From Cladosporium halotolerans (taxonomy: Eukaryota), in assembly GCF_011745625.1 (NCBI RefSeq), contig NW_027191460.1:124001-188000 (forward strand): a stretch of 64,000 nt of DNA, read 5' to 3'. The notes beneath the pieces are model-generated. The model searched no databases. It was given only the letters and a program-made list of their open reading frames with translations, and was not told the DNA's origin. A program made the position numbers and the translations under genes. Shown here piece by piece: positions 24,141 through 36,520 of the stretch; the stretch's first letter is position 1, and every line of letters begins with the position of its first letter.

Positions 24141-26480
24141 GTGGACGGCAACACGAGAAGGAAGGGCGGCGGCGGCGCGCAGGCGACAGGCCGTCGCGCA
24201 TGCAATCGATCGCAATCATCGCACAGGCGTAGGGAGGCTATACTGCGCACGAAGGAAGTAGCAGGCCCCCGTCGTCATGGCGCTGCGACCACGCGATGGC
24301 GCGTACCGCCCTGAACACCAGGGATCAGCACGCAGCCGCGCCGAAGGGACGAGGTGACAGGTTGCCGGTAGAATCTCGCCCGCCTGCGCCTGCGTTGACA
24401 CCAGCCCGTGACACGCCTCCGCCTCAACACTACTGCGCCGCCATTCCTCTGCTGCGGAGACCCAACAGCAGACCATTACTGTATGTACATGCCATGGGCC
24501 AGCAGCAGCAAAGCGCCGCAGCACGCCCGCCGCCCACCCACCACCGCCCTCCTGCGCAGCAGCCAACACGCCAATATGCCTCTCCGGCACTTGCTCCGTA
24601 CTGGGCGAGAATGGGCCTGCGGTGCGGGTGGTTCGCGGCGGCGACGAGCAGACCCCAGCGCCAAAAGCCTCCAGTCTGTGCAACGCGCGGCCGCCAGGGG
24701 CGCCGCAACGACGATTGGCGGGGAATACGTAAGGTGGCAGAGCGTTACGGTGTCACTGTGTAGATTCGCTCAGAGCCTCACGCGACAGGGACGACGGGAC
24801 GACGACGACGACGCGGCGGTCCACGCCACAGCTCACGTGTCGGGGCGATCGCCGCATCGACGCCGGGAGTTCGTTTGTCGACGTCGGTCCCGAACTCTGT
24901 CGTCGTGGTTGTCGGTCTTGGTGATGACGATGTGGGAGGGCGGATTGACTTCACCATCTCCCTCTCTCCATATGGTGAAAAACCCTCTTTCCAACTCTCT
25001 AACCGACCAGAAACCCTGAGCACGCTACCCACGCGCGAAACCTGAAAGCCGCTGTAACAGCCAACCCACGGGCCGCTCACGGCAAAGCACGAACAGCACC
25101 GCAACAATTTCTCCCTCCACTCTCCCAACCAGCCGCGAACCGCTCATCAACCGCCCCCGACGTCCAACGCCCGGACTCCACAACCCTCTCTCTCTCACCC
25201 CTCACCGGTCGCAGTCTGCAACGCCCTGGTCTCAAGCCGAAGCAGCACAGCGCTAAAAGCCAACTTCGCCGTGTCTTAGCGTACACGTCGTCTTCTAGCT
25301 CCTCCGTCCAAAATCAAGGCGAGCGGCCCGCCGTCGGCTCAAAGTCTCCCTCTAGCTCTCTGCGGCGTGGTGGCACGGCATCCACTTTCCCACACGGCGC
25401 AGCCGCTAATTAAAGGGCCGGGCGGCTTACCTTAGTTTAAGGCGCTTATGGTTTTACAGCAGGAAGCGTGACGATGACCCGCCTGCAGCAGTACTATCAC
25501 GTATGTACAGTACACACCCGAAGGAGCTCGCTTATGCGCCCGCAGGCGATCCCTTCAGCCGCACGAGAATCCTCCGGCACATCTCATCCGCCCCGTCGGC
25601 CTCGCATGTTGATTTGCCTGCTGTATCTGCGTGTGCCTGAGTGATTGCCGTCTCGAAAAAATAGACGTCCATCAAAACCCCCGAACAGCTTCAGCGTCAG
25701 CTTTGCTAGCTGGCGGAAAGTCCGAATCGCACAAGCGAGCTCCGTGGCCTTCTCATCTCAATCCGAGTTATCCGATCTAGCTCGGACAGAGGAAGGGGAA
25801 CCGAAATACAAGCGAATTGCTGCGCCTTGCGGATCGCTCGCCTGATCCGCTGCCAGAGCCGGACTGTGGTTTGGGAATACGAGAAGCTTGAGAGCATAGC
25901 CGCGGCTGGCCGCGTTGCTTGATCGTTTAATGGCCGGGTGCGTGGGCTGCAGGAATACATAAAGTGGTTGCCTAAGGTGGGTGCGCGGGTATTTGGGTTT
26001 GCGTAGGGCTATGATCCTTCGGGGGAAGTGCATGCGATGGGAAAAGGTAAGTGGGTGCCTGGCGTGGCGTGGGTTTGTTGAACCTTGAGATTGTCGATGC
26101 CTAGGTAGCCGCTGTCTGCGACAGGAGGATACCTGCTACGATGGCATGAGAAGGGACAATTGATGATAGAGAAGTGAGGTTCAAAATGCAAAGCTTAGTC
26201 ATCTGGTTACTGTATTACTACAAGCGCCGTACTTTCGGCTAGTCTGCTGCTTGGACGAGCTTGTCCTTGCTTGCTCGCCCTTCCCGAATGCGAACGCGAA
26301 CAAGACCCACCCATCCGCCAGATGATTTTTGTGGCAAGTGAACATTCCGCTCCGTGATGCAATGCAAAAAGCCAGGAATATCAGACACACCTCATCCGCG
26401 CATACAAAACAAACAAACAAAACAGGAAACCAAAAGAAAAAAATCAATCAATAATTCTTCAATCGTTCAATCCCCACTCT

Positions 26481-28757
26481 CTACCTGGCGCCAGGCAGAC
26501 TGAATCCAAAGCCAGGCACAGCCGGCGGCGTAGCGACAGCGACAGGCTCCGGCCTGACGACCTGCTGATACCCGCCAGGCGGCATGCCAGCGTACCCTCC
26601 ACCAACATCGTCTCTGTTGTGGTGGTGAAAGCGTCCGCCTCTCCTGTTCTTCCCGCCATGGTGGCCGTGACCATGGCCGCCGTCGTGCTTGTTCTGGTGC
26701 TTGCCACCGCCGCCGCCGCCGCCGCCGCCGTGCTGGGCGCCGTCGGGCCCGACGCGCTTGCTCATGGCCTTGGAGCTGACGCCGGCGCCGATCTCGATGT
26801 CCGGCTCCTCGATCGTCATGCCGGACTCGAGCGGGCGACCGCCGGTGCCACCGTACTCGGCCGTAAGCATCCACTTCATGTCGGCCTCGGTCAGGCGCGA
26901 GATGGGGATGACGGATTCGCCCTTGGTGTAGTCGAAGCACTCGCGAGGGCCGAAGCCGACGCCCCATTTCGTCTGGCGCGCGACGGCCATGGTCTCGCGG
27001 TCACTGGCGTTCTGCAGCGCTTCGACGCCGGCTTTGGCGTTCAAAGTGTACTCGCGGGTGGTCATCTTGACAAAGGCGTGGCGCTTCTCGCGGTTGGGGA
27101 TACACGAGGCGACTTCGCCGAAGCGGGAGAAGAGCTCGGAAATTTCTTGTTGGGAGCCGTTTGCGCCGCCGACGAACAGAGTGCGAGAGAGGACGCGAAT
27201 GTGATTAGGTGGAAGGGTGTCGTCGGTCATGATGTTCTTCGGTCCGTGTGACGCGCCGTTCGGCATGTTGCCACCATTGTTGCGCATGGGTGAGCGCTGC
27301 CTGTACCTGCCCTTATCGCGGCCTCCGCGTCCATTGCGCTGATCCTGCTGGTCAGGACCTTCGTATGCACCGTAGCTGGGGCTTCCTCTTCCACCAGCAC
27401 GACGTTCCCTGTCCGGGCTTCTGCTCCGGTCTCTGCCATTGTTGTATCCATCGTATCCTCCAGCCTGTTGTTGTAGTGGTTGCTGTTGTCCCGGCGGCGG
27501 AGCCTGCGTTTCGGCCTGATCGCTGAAAGCCTGCAGAATAGGTCCCCAGTGCTCCATAGGCAGCCCGCCTTTCTGCAAATCTTGCAACAGGTTCAACGCT
27601 TGCATGAGCCTGGGCTGATCATCGACGATGTGCTGAGGTAGAATGTTACGCAGCGGTGCGAGAGGGTCAGCTTGCGCGAGCGCCGGCGCAGGCTGCGGCG
27701 GAGGTGGAGCTTGAGCAAATGTCTGAGGGATCGAGGGAGGCTGCTGCGGTGGGAATGCAGGAAAGTTGGGAGGCGGTTGGAATCCTGCCAAGTTGAAGGG
27801 TGGAGGCTGTGATGCTGGCGGTTGCGGGAAACCGGCGGGCGCTTGAGGAGGGAAAGCTGGAGGAAATCCATTACCGAACATCGCTGCCAGCTGAGACGGG
27901 AGCTGAGCAGCAGGGTTGACGGGCGGTGGGGGTGGTGGCTGCTGGGCCACCGGCTGCGGCGGTGTAGCCTTGGGCGCAGAGTTGGCGAGAGCGGCAAGAA
28001 TGCTGTTGACGTCTTGAGGCGGTGCAGCAGGTGCTTGGTGTGCTTGAGCTTGAGGAGGCGCCTGTTGAGCATGTGCGGATGCTTGCTGGGCATTACCTGC
28101 ATTCTGCGTGTTTAGCGGCTCGCCTTGCCTGGACAGAACGCCCTGATCATACAGTCGCTGCGGAGGATAGCCAACAGGAGTGTGAAGAGGTCGTGTAGGA
28201 ATGGGAGCCCTGAACGTCTTGCCGCTAGACTGCTTACCCTGGTTCTGCGCCGCGTGGGCACCGCTACCGTTGATGTTGGAGACAGGCTGGGGCTCGCTGA
28301 GCTTCTGCCTGAAGTCCTCGAGCAAGTTGGCAGGGAAGGTGTTGGCACGCTCCCAGATCGTGATCATGTTCTCAAACTTGGCCTTCTGATCGGCGGGGAT
28401 GACCTTGGCAATATCGTCCATCAGAGCGGGCATGAGCTCTGTGATGCGCTTTACGGCGGCTGGGTACGTGCCGGGTTCTCCTCTGCCTTCGATCTGGAGG
28501 TCCTGCCCGGCGTTCTTCGCGAAATCGATCCACTTGCGAACGACACTGTCTATAACATACAGCGCACCAAGTTTGTGAGTCGCCGGCGCCTTCTTAAGCG
28601 CGCGGTACATGCACTGAGCGATATGTTGCTCGGCCTGGACATTGGCCGCGCTGAGTTCGGTGATGGCGTTGATCTTATTCCTACTAGCGCCCGGTGGCTT
28701 CAGTTGATTGAGGGATGCCAGCATGGGCTCCAAATCACTGAGAGATGGCGCAGCCAT
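26481..28757 (-). CDS. NRD1: Nrd1/Seb1-like RNA-binding termination factor (CID + RRM)
   Basis: CID 'HKLGALYVIDSVVR', RRM 'IRVLSRTLFVGG...KRHAFVKM...KWGVGFGPRECFDY..GES.IPISRLTEAD' and 'EEPDIEIGAGVSSKAMSKR'. Confidence 0.95.
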   Translation of the reverse strand: MAAPSLSDLEPMLASLNQLKPPGASRNKINAITELSAANVQAEQHIAQCMYRALKKAPATHKLGALYVIDSVVRKWIDFAKNAGQDLQIEGRGEPGTYPAAVKRITELMPALMDDIAKVIPADQKAKFENMITIWERANTFPANLLEDFRQKLSEPQPVSNINGSGAHAAQNQGKQSSGKTFRAPIPTRPLHTPVGYPPQRLYDQGVLSRQGEPLNTQNAGNAQQASAHAQQAPPQAQAHQAPAAPPQDVNSILAALANSAPKATPPQPVAQQPPPPPPVNPAAQLPSQLAAMFGNGFPPAFPPQAPAGFPQPPASQPPPFNLAGFQPPPNFPAFPPQQPPSIPQTFAQAPPPPQPAPALAQADPLAPLRNILPQHIVDDQPRLMQALNLLQDLQKGGLPMEHWGPILQAFSDQAETQAPPPGQQQPLQQQAGGYDGYNNGRDRSRSPDRERRAGGRGSPSYGAYEGPDQQDQRNGRGGRDKGRYRQRSPMRNNGGNMPNGASHGPKNIMTDDTLPPNHIRVLSRTLFVGGANGSQQEISELFSRFGEVASCIPNREKRHAFVKMTTREYTLNAKAGVEALQNASDRETMAVARQTKWGVGFGPRECFDYTKGESVIPISRLTEADMKWMLTAEYGGTGGRPLESGMTIEEPDIEIGAGVSSKAMSKRVGPDGAQHGGGGGGGGGKHQNKHDGGHGHGHHGGKNRRGGRFHHHNRDDVGGGYAGMPPGGYQQVVRPEPVAVATPPAVPGFGFSLPGAR

Positions 28758-28793
28758 GATCGCGAAGCGTTCAGCCTGCGTATGTCCGGAAGC

Positions 28794-28893
28794 CTACTGT
28801 ACGTAACTGCTACTGCGCCGGGGATAGGCAAGTCTACACTCCGGTGGTGACTTAAAGAGACCAGTGACTACTGACTACAGTCGGCCTGCAAGA
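28794..28893 (-). promoter_or_regulatory. Cluster of Nrd1-type (GUAG x5) and Nab3-type (UCUU x2) motifs just 5' of the NRD1 start codon
   Basis: + strand CTAC at 28794, 28810, 28834, 28868, 28875 and AAGA at 28855, 28890. Confidence 0.5.
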
Positions 28894-30445
28894 TCAGTAA
28901 CAGATGTCAGGTTATGATGTTCACGCTAAGGATTTGTGAACAGTGTGCGGACAAAAGTCCCTATGCCAAGCGCTTCTGGATGTGTCGCGGGTTGGGTGAT
29001 ATGTTGCTGACGCAGAGAATATTCTAGATGTGCCTGCTTGTCTGCGAGGCGGGTTTCGGTCGGTGATGATGATCGCGTAGTCGAGGAGAGCGAGCCGCTA
29101 GTTTGATGTTGCTAGAGCAGCGGTGGTGCGGTTGTGGTGATGAAGGGAACGGCCAGCGCGCGCACAGGCGGGCGGTCAGACCTGCTTAAATAAGCTGTGA
29201 GAGGCGGATAGCGTCGGCTCTTCACTATCGGAAGTCAAGAGCTATCACGCGCCCACAGTGAATGCGATCGCCGTGAAAGCAGGTGAAAGATGATGCTGAT
29301 GATGGAGGAAGGAAGTCGTCGGGTAGCAGGGCTCGGGCTAAAGGAGTCGCTGGTCTGGCGGTGTTTGCGAGAGCGCGCACACACAGAAGCTTGGCTGATG
29401 CCAAAGAGGATCAATCAGTAAGCTGGCTGATCCAAGGCTGAAGGTGACGGTAGAAGCACGTAATACGCGAGTGTGCTGGGTGTGAGGGGATGAGCTAGGT
29501 GTCGTGAAGGTCTCGCGCGAAGGGAGAAGTGGAAGTCGCACGGGGTTGTTGCACAGATTCTGCGGCGGCTGCGATCACGTGATGTCAGCGGACCTCGGTG
29601 CGGTGGTCTCGGCGAGGATGATTGAATTCACTTCCGGTACGAGCAGAGTTCCGGCTGTATCCGTGGAAACCACGAGGCGGGATCTGTGCGGCTCAGCTGC
29701 CGCAAAAAACAACGGGCACCGGCAGCGTGAGATAATGTGATAACGTAGGGTACGGTGCATGCGACTAAGCGTGAGAATACCGGAGTCCGGGTCGCCAACA
29801 CCATGCGCGACGGCCGGAATAGCAGCGCTGGACGGGTGCTATTGTGAGAGCGGCATGGAATCGTGCGCGCAGGATATTTCTTGTTTCTTGGTGAAACACA
29901 ACAGCGGCTGGGGTGTGAGATAGATGCCTGCGTCTGTACCGTTCCTTACCTCAGGCCCTACACGGATATTTTTGTGAACACGGGCGACAGCTCGACAGAC
30001 CGGCCATACAGTACACTACACGCCCGCACACCCACACACATACATGCCGGAGCCCTCGGCCTGCCAACACCATTCACTCCCTGCCTCTGCCCATGTCTGC
30101 CAATGGCGTGACGCTGCCGAGACACCCCCCGGCCTCGCCATGTCCGTCGTCCGCCGCAGCTGCTGCCGCGCCCGTCGCCCGTCCCACCAGAATTCTGGCG
30201 TAGCGCGCCCGACGCCCGCTGGGAGCTGTTGAAGTGACGTCCTGGCCAGTGCTCACCTCCGAGCCCACCTTCCCGCTGCCCTCCCGACCAGCTGTTTGGA
30301 GCTCTGTGCCATTTTTCGCCGGATCACCACCGCTCACCCGCATCCACTCCCGCATTCCTCTCTTCGTCCCGAGGCCTCCTTGGACTTTATCTCACCCACC
30401 TCGCTCCTCCCATCTTCCATATACCCCCCCCACACATCATCCACA

Positions 30446-31958
30446 ATGGCCGTCTCCAGCATGTCCAAGACTGCGCTCCGCCGCGCCATGGCCGGCAACA
30501 CCGTCTCCCAGAAGGTTGCCTTCAATGCCACCAGGACCTACGCCAGCAAGACCGCCGTAAGTCCCGCCTTCATCCGTCGCGGAGCTTCATCATCTCTGGC
30601 GGCATCGTCTACAGCTTCAGAGCATCCTCACTGACGCGCGCTCCCTCCCACAGTCCCTCAAGGAGACCTTCGCCGCCGGCCTGCCCGAGAAGATCGAGCA
30701 GATCAAGACCCTGAAGAAGGAGCACGGTAACAAGGTCATTGGCGAGGTCACCCTCGACCAGGTCTACGGTGGTGCCCGTGGCATCAAGTCCCTCGTCTGG
30801 GAGGGCTCCGTCCTCGACTCTGAGGAGGGTATCCGCTTCCGCGGCAAGACCATTCCCGAGTGCCAGGAGGTCCTCCCCAAGGCCCCCGGCGGCAACGAGC
30901 CCCTCCCCGAGGGTCTCTTCTGGCTCCTCCTCACCGGCGAGGTCCCCTCCGAGCAGCAGGTCCGCGACCTCTCCGCCGAGTGGGCCGCCCGCAGCGAGCT
31001 CCCCTCCTTCGTCACCGAGCTCATCGACCGCTGCCCCAGCGACCTCCACCCCATGGCTCAGTTCTCTCTCGCCGTCACCGCGCTTGAGCACGAGTCCAAC
31101 TTCTCCAAGGCCTACGCCAAGGGCATGAAGAAGACCGAGTACTGGGAGCACACCTTCGAGGACTCGATGGACCTCATCGGCAAGCTCCCCAACATCGCCG
31201 CCCGCATCTACCGCAACGTCTACAAGGACGGCAAGGTTGCGCCCACCCAGAAGGACCAGGACTACTCCTACAACCTGGCCAACCAGCTCGGCTTCGCCGA
31301 GAACAAGGACTTCGTTGAGCTCATGCGTCTCTACCTGACCATCCACACCGACCACGAGGGTGGCAACGTCTCCGCCCACACCACCCACCTGGTCGGCTCT
31401 GCCCTCAGCTCTGCCTACCTCTCCCTCGCCGCTGGCCTCAACGGTCTTGCCGGTCCCCTCCACGGTCTCGCCAACCAGGAGGTGCTCAAGTGGCTCACCG
31501 AGATGAAGTCCACCGTCGGCTCCGACCTCTCCGACGAGAACATCACCAAGTACCTCTGGGACACCCTCAAGTCTGGCCGCGTCGTCCCCGGCTACGGCCA
31601 CGCCGTCCTCCGCAAGACCGACCCGCGCTACGTCAGCCAGCGCGAGTTCGCGCTCAAGCACCTGCCCGACGACCCCATGTTCAAGCTCGTCTCGCAGGTC
31701 TACAAGATCGCCCCCGGCGTCCTCACCGAGCACGGCAAGACCAAGAACCCCTTCCCCAACGTCGACGCCCACTCCGGTGTGCTCCTGCAGTACTACGGCC
31801 TCACCGAGCAGAACTTCTACACCGTTCTCTTCGGTGTCAGCAGAGCGCTCGGTGTGCTTCCCCAGCTCATCATCGACCGTGCCGTCGGTGCCCCGATCGA
31901 GCGCCCCAAGTCCTTCTCCACCGAGGCCTGGGCCAAGCTCGTCGGTGCTAAGCTTTGA
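30446..31958 (+). CDS. CIT1: Mitochondrial citrate synthase, 2 exons
   Basis: Presequence plus '[26 protein letters not shown]', '[11 protein letters not shown]', '[11 protein letters not shown]', '[13 protein letters not shown]', 'PNVDAHSG'; intron 30557-30653. Confidence 0.97.
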
Positions 31959-33127
31959 ATTCCACACAAGCTGCCCCTCCCGCGAGCAGCACCCGTTGTG
32001 AAGAGCAACAATGTCGCGCGCGCACTCGATCTCCTCGGCGGAGACGGCGGGGGAACGGTGGGCGTGCACAACCATCATGTGAAAAGATAGATATTTTTGC
32101 GGACCTTTTTTTCCAGCCTTGAAGTCAGAGGGCGCTTGCCGGGAAAGTCAACGATACCTGTATTGTGTTCTCATTGGGGAGCGCTGGCTCTGTATGTTCG
32201 AGGAGAGGAAAGGAGATTGGCAGGACTGTCATTCTGTGTACTTTATGTAGCGAAACTCCGATACTTTTTTTTAACCCTATGATGTGCATCCAAGCTCTCC
32301 ACTCGGAATCCTAGATTACAAGCATCGTCAGAACTCGTTAGCAGAAGCCAAAGTCGTTTCTGTTTGCACATCACCGCTGAAGAATCCCCACATGGCAAGC
32401 TACGGACGAGCCCATGGACGGCGAGCGGTGGCCTCTGCGGTACTCGGGGCCGTTAGCGTGCGGCAAACAATTCTCCGAGCAACCATGGCACGGAAGATCA
32501 CCAGCCGCGGTGTTTGCGCATGGGCGGGCGCGGGCAGCGATCATCGCGCACGACAGGCCTTCGGAGGTCCGATGGGGGCGGTCGCAGGTGCGTTGAGCGG
32601 CTGGCCAGAGGTTGCGCCGAGAGAATGGGACGACGGGATGCCCTGCGCCGGGCCTGGGGCTGCGCGTGGGAGCCTCAACCACGCCGACGCTGCTGCTGCT
32701 GCCGCTGCTGACGGTTGACGGTTGACCACCGTGGCACCGCCTGCGCCGCGCCTGTGCTTCGCGCGCCTCTATATACACTTCCGCCTGCACATCCTCTTAT
32801 TACTCTCACGCACCTCATCACCTGACCTCACCTACACCCGCGCCGCTCCTCCTCCTCCTCCTCTTCCTCCCTGTGCTGCTCTCCACCCCATCACCGCCCG
32901 CCAACCGCCGTCGCACGCTTTCAATAGCCGACGCCCAGCACAGCAACCCCAGCTCCAGCCCGAGACCCCTAAATCACCCGCGTAGCTCGGCCGCCATCGC
33001 TGCTGCGCTCCCGAGCAACAACACCGCCATATACACCGCGCCTCTCCCTCCACCAGGCACCGAAGCCGCCCTACCGCCTCGGTCCGGCCTCACTCCCTCG
33101 CGCGCAGCCAGCAGCACCGCCTCCGCC

Positions 33128-34229
33128 ATGTCTTCCACCGTCACCGGCGTCCCTACCGTGGCCGCCCCGGCCAAGCTGGAGAAGAAGCCCGTCAAGTTCA
33201 GCAACCTGCTGCTCGGCGCCGGCCTCAACCTGTTCGAGGTCACCACCCTCGGCCAGCCGCTCGAGGTCATGAAGACCACCATGGCCGCCAACAGGCAGGA
33301 CGGCATGGGTGGTGCCCTCGCCAGGATCTGGAACCGCGGCGGCGCTCTCGGTTGTAAGTAGATGGCAGCTGGAGCTACAGCTCCAATCGCGAGCTTTATC
33401 GCCAACCCACCTCACAAGACACCCTTCGCTAACAGCAACCAGTCTACCAAGGCCTCATCCCCTGGGCCTGGATCGAAGCCTCCACCAAGGGCGCCGTCCT
33501 CCTCTTCGTCGCCTCCGAGGCCGAGTACTACGCCAAGAGCTTCGGCGCGAACAACTTCGGCGGCGGCATCATCGGCGGCATGACGGGCGGCCTGGCGCAG
33601 GCCTACGCGACCATGGGCTTCTGCACGTGCATGAAGACGGTCGAGATGACCAAGCACCGCGCCGTCGAGGCCGGCGGCAAGGCCCCCGGCACCATGGCCA
33701 CCTTCATGGACATCTACCGCCGCGAGGGCATCCGCGGCATCAACAAGGGCGTCAACGCCGTCGCCGTCAGACAGGTCACCAACTGGGGCAGCAGGTTCGG
33801 TCTCAGCCGTGTCGCGTACGTTCATCCCACTTCCCCGCCCAGCGCTATCCATTCACTGACACCCCTCCCAGCGAATCCGGCATCCGCAAAGTAACCGGCA
33901 AAGAAGACCCGAGCATCAAGCTCGGCGTGCCGGAGAAGATCCTTGCCTCGGCGCTCGGCGGCGGCCTGTCGGCCTGGAACCAGCCGATCGAGGTCGTGCG
34001 CGTCGAGATGCAGAGCAAGAAGGACGACCCCAACCGGCCCAAGAAGATGACCGTCGGCAACACCTTCCGCTACATCTACGGGCAGAGCGGCGTGCGCGGC
34101 CTCTACCGCGGCGTCATGCCGCGCATCGGCCTCGGCGTCTGGCAGACGGTGTGCATGGTCGCGCTCGGCGACGTGGCCAAGGAGGCGGTGGAGAAGATCA
34201 CGGGCGAGGCGCCGACGGCGAAGCACTAA
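33128..34229 (+). CDS. YHM2: Mitochondrial citrate/2-oxoglutarate carrier (Yhm2/YhmA), 3 exons
   Basis: '[32 protein letters not shown]', '[16 protein letters not shown]', '[11 protein letters not shown]', '[14 protein letters not shown]'; introns 33354-33442 and 33816-33871. Confidence 0.95.
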
Positions 34230-34769
34230 GCTCTAGGAATATCGCTTGCTGGTTTTGAGGCGTTTTGCTTTGATGAGATGAGATGTTCGGCTGCGAAGAG
34301 CTGGGTCTTTGACATCGTTTTCAGACGGGATTCATGTGTGTGTGTGAGGATTTCAGAGCGCTTCTTCTTTCTTGCGCTTGTCGGTTGATGAAGGGCATTC
34401 GGGTCTGTTTACTGGAGGGCATTTGAGTTTGCGGCCTTGGGACACGAGCATTTGATAGACTATACCGGAGCGCAGAAAAGCATGGCTTGCTTGCTTGCTT
34501 GCATGTATGCGCTAGACGAAACAATGCAAAAGTTGCTGCTCAACGCATTATCTCAGTCCACCTCATCTTCCGGGAGAGGACATTCGTTCTCCTCCCACTT
34601 CTGTCTGCTTCACGGCGTCCAGGTGGCGCAAGGTAGCTTTATTGTTGCAAGGAGACCGGCGCTGAACCTACCCAAGGCGCTTTCAGGTATGGCACGCCTT
34701 CACTCCTCGCCATCGCCGCCCAACAAGAAAGAACCTCTCCACGACGCAGTCAGTCACCCGCAAAATCTT

Positions 34770-35950
34770 CTACCTCCTATCCTCCTCCCCAAACTTATGC
34801 GTCCAGAACCCGCGGAAATGCTTCCCCTCGCCCGCCTCGTTGATCTAGACGATACGCTGCGTCAGCAAAACACCCCCTTCCCAAACCGGACAAAGAAAAA
34901 AAAAAGAACAGAAAGGGACCACAAGAAAAGAACTCACCATCCCCACCTCCCTCGGCGTAAGCTTAAACGTCATCGCCCGCAAGTAATCGCTCAGCCTCTG
35001 CTCCTTCGCGCTCGTCGTGACCGCCACGACGTCCTGCTCCACGCACCACCGCAGACAAATTTCGCCGGGACTGACGGCGTACTTCTTCGCCAGCGCGCCG
35101 AGGACCTCGTCCACGGGGCCCGGCGAGGCTTTCGTCACGGGCGTCAGGGGCGCGTAGGCGGAGGTCGCGATGTTCTGCGCCGCAAGAGCGTGTCAGTCGG
35201 GGGGTCTTTTGGGGGGGAGGGGCAGGGCAGGGGAGGCAAACGTACGTGCTCCCTGTGGTACTTGAGCAGCTCCTTGTGCTGCAGGTAGGGGTGGAACTCG
35301 ATCTGGTTGATGGCGGGCGGGACGCGGGCGGTTTCGAGGAGCCAGGCGAGCTGCTCGGGCAGGTAGTTTGAGACGCCGATGGAGCGCGCGAGGCCCGAGG
35401 CTTGCAGGGACTCCATTTGGGCCCATTTGGCTTGGTGGGTGGCTTTGTTGTCGGAGAAGAAGGGGGCGTGGATTAGGTAGCTTTTTTGGGGGAGGCGAGG
35501 CGTTAGCTGGTTTGTGGAGGGGAGGAGGGGGGTTGGGACGGGACGTACAGGTCTACGTAGCTGACGCCGAGCTTCTTGAGGCTGGTCTCGAGCGCGGAGG
35601 GGATGTCTTCGATGTTGGGCAGGACTTTGGTGACGACGTAGAGCTTCTCGCGCGCGACGCCGGAGTTCTTGATGGCCGTCCCGAGCTCGGTCTCGGTCTT
35701 GTAGACTTCGGCGCCGTCGAGGTGGTGGTAGCCGAGTCCGATGGCCATCTGGGCGCTGGAGATGCAGGCTTCGTCCAGCTGCGATTCGTCGCCGGTTTTG
35801 TACCAGGCTGTGCCGGTGCCGTAGGCGAGCTGGATGGGTGTTAGTTTGGTTGGGGGAACTGGGGGATGGGAGGGGAAGGAGAGGGACCATGGGAATGCTG
35901 TTGCCGTCGTTGAGTTTGAGGTTTGGGATGGGGGTGTGGATGTTGGCCAT
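34770..35950 (-). CDS. Aldo-keto reductase, multi-exon
   Basis: 'LKLNDGNSIPM|LAYGTG', 'GYHHLDGAEVYKTE', 'REKLYVVTK', 'YVDLYLIHAPF', 'ARSIGVSNY', 'PAINQIEFHPY'. The last exon ends ...HFRGFWTHKFGEEDRR* at 34770. Confidence 0.9.
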
Positions 35951-36520
35951 TGTTGCGGTGGTGGGGCTCTGCTGAGGGTGGATTTCTGGGTCGAGTTGTA
36001 AAGAGGGGTGTAGAGTTTATACAGATGCTCTCAATCGGCCAATGGGTCAAGGAGAATGTGCTGGTTTCCTCAGATGTGGTCGAAGCCTCGAACACCACGC
36101 GGATGATGTTGCTTTTGGGCATGACGAAAGTGGGGGTTTGCTGATCAATGGTGGTGGGGCTGACGGCTGTTGCGGCGAAAGAGCCGGGTTTGCTAGGGGC
36201 ATGCAGGGACGGCTTCGCGACGTCTTTCATAATGGACGTTAGAAGAATTGAACATTGAAGGGTGCAGGTCGAGAGATTATGTAAAGTCCAATTGTATGGC
36301 TGCTGACGGGATATTCCATCTCGCGGGTGTGCGTGACACGACGACAGATGCACTGTGTGAGATCGGATTACCCAGACAAAAGTGATCGTGTCATTGTAAA
36401 AGAGGGACTTCACAACTAAAAAATGTTGACAACAGAGTCATTCTATTACACGTCGGTGTATTCACTATAATTACATCCCTCATCACCAACCCCTAAACCC
36501 TCCCCACGTCATCAACAACC

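Noticed and set aside
24200..26450. Telomerase RNA in the long intergenic gap (Sm-like ATTTTTG + GCAAGT at ~26325)
   Set aside because: No TAACCCTAA-type template on either strand and no ATAAGT 5' splice site of the Pezizomycotina type.
28910..29150. Box C/D snoRNA(s) upstream of NRD1 (TGATGA and CTGA motifs)
   Set aside because: The boxes are imperfect or unpaired, with no terminal stem or recognisable rRNA guide.
30609..32078. 489-aa antisense ORF over citrate synthase (similarly 4016-5140, 36566-37714, 40991-42622)
   Set aside because: Shadow ORFs caused by strong C-ending codon bias of the real gene on the opposite strand; no recognisable domains.
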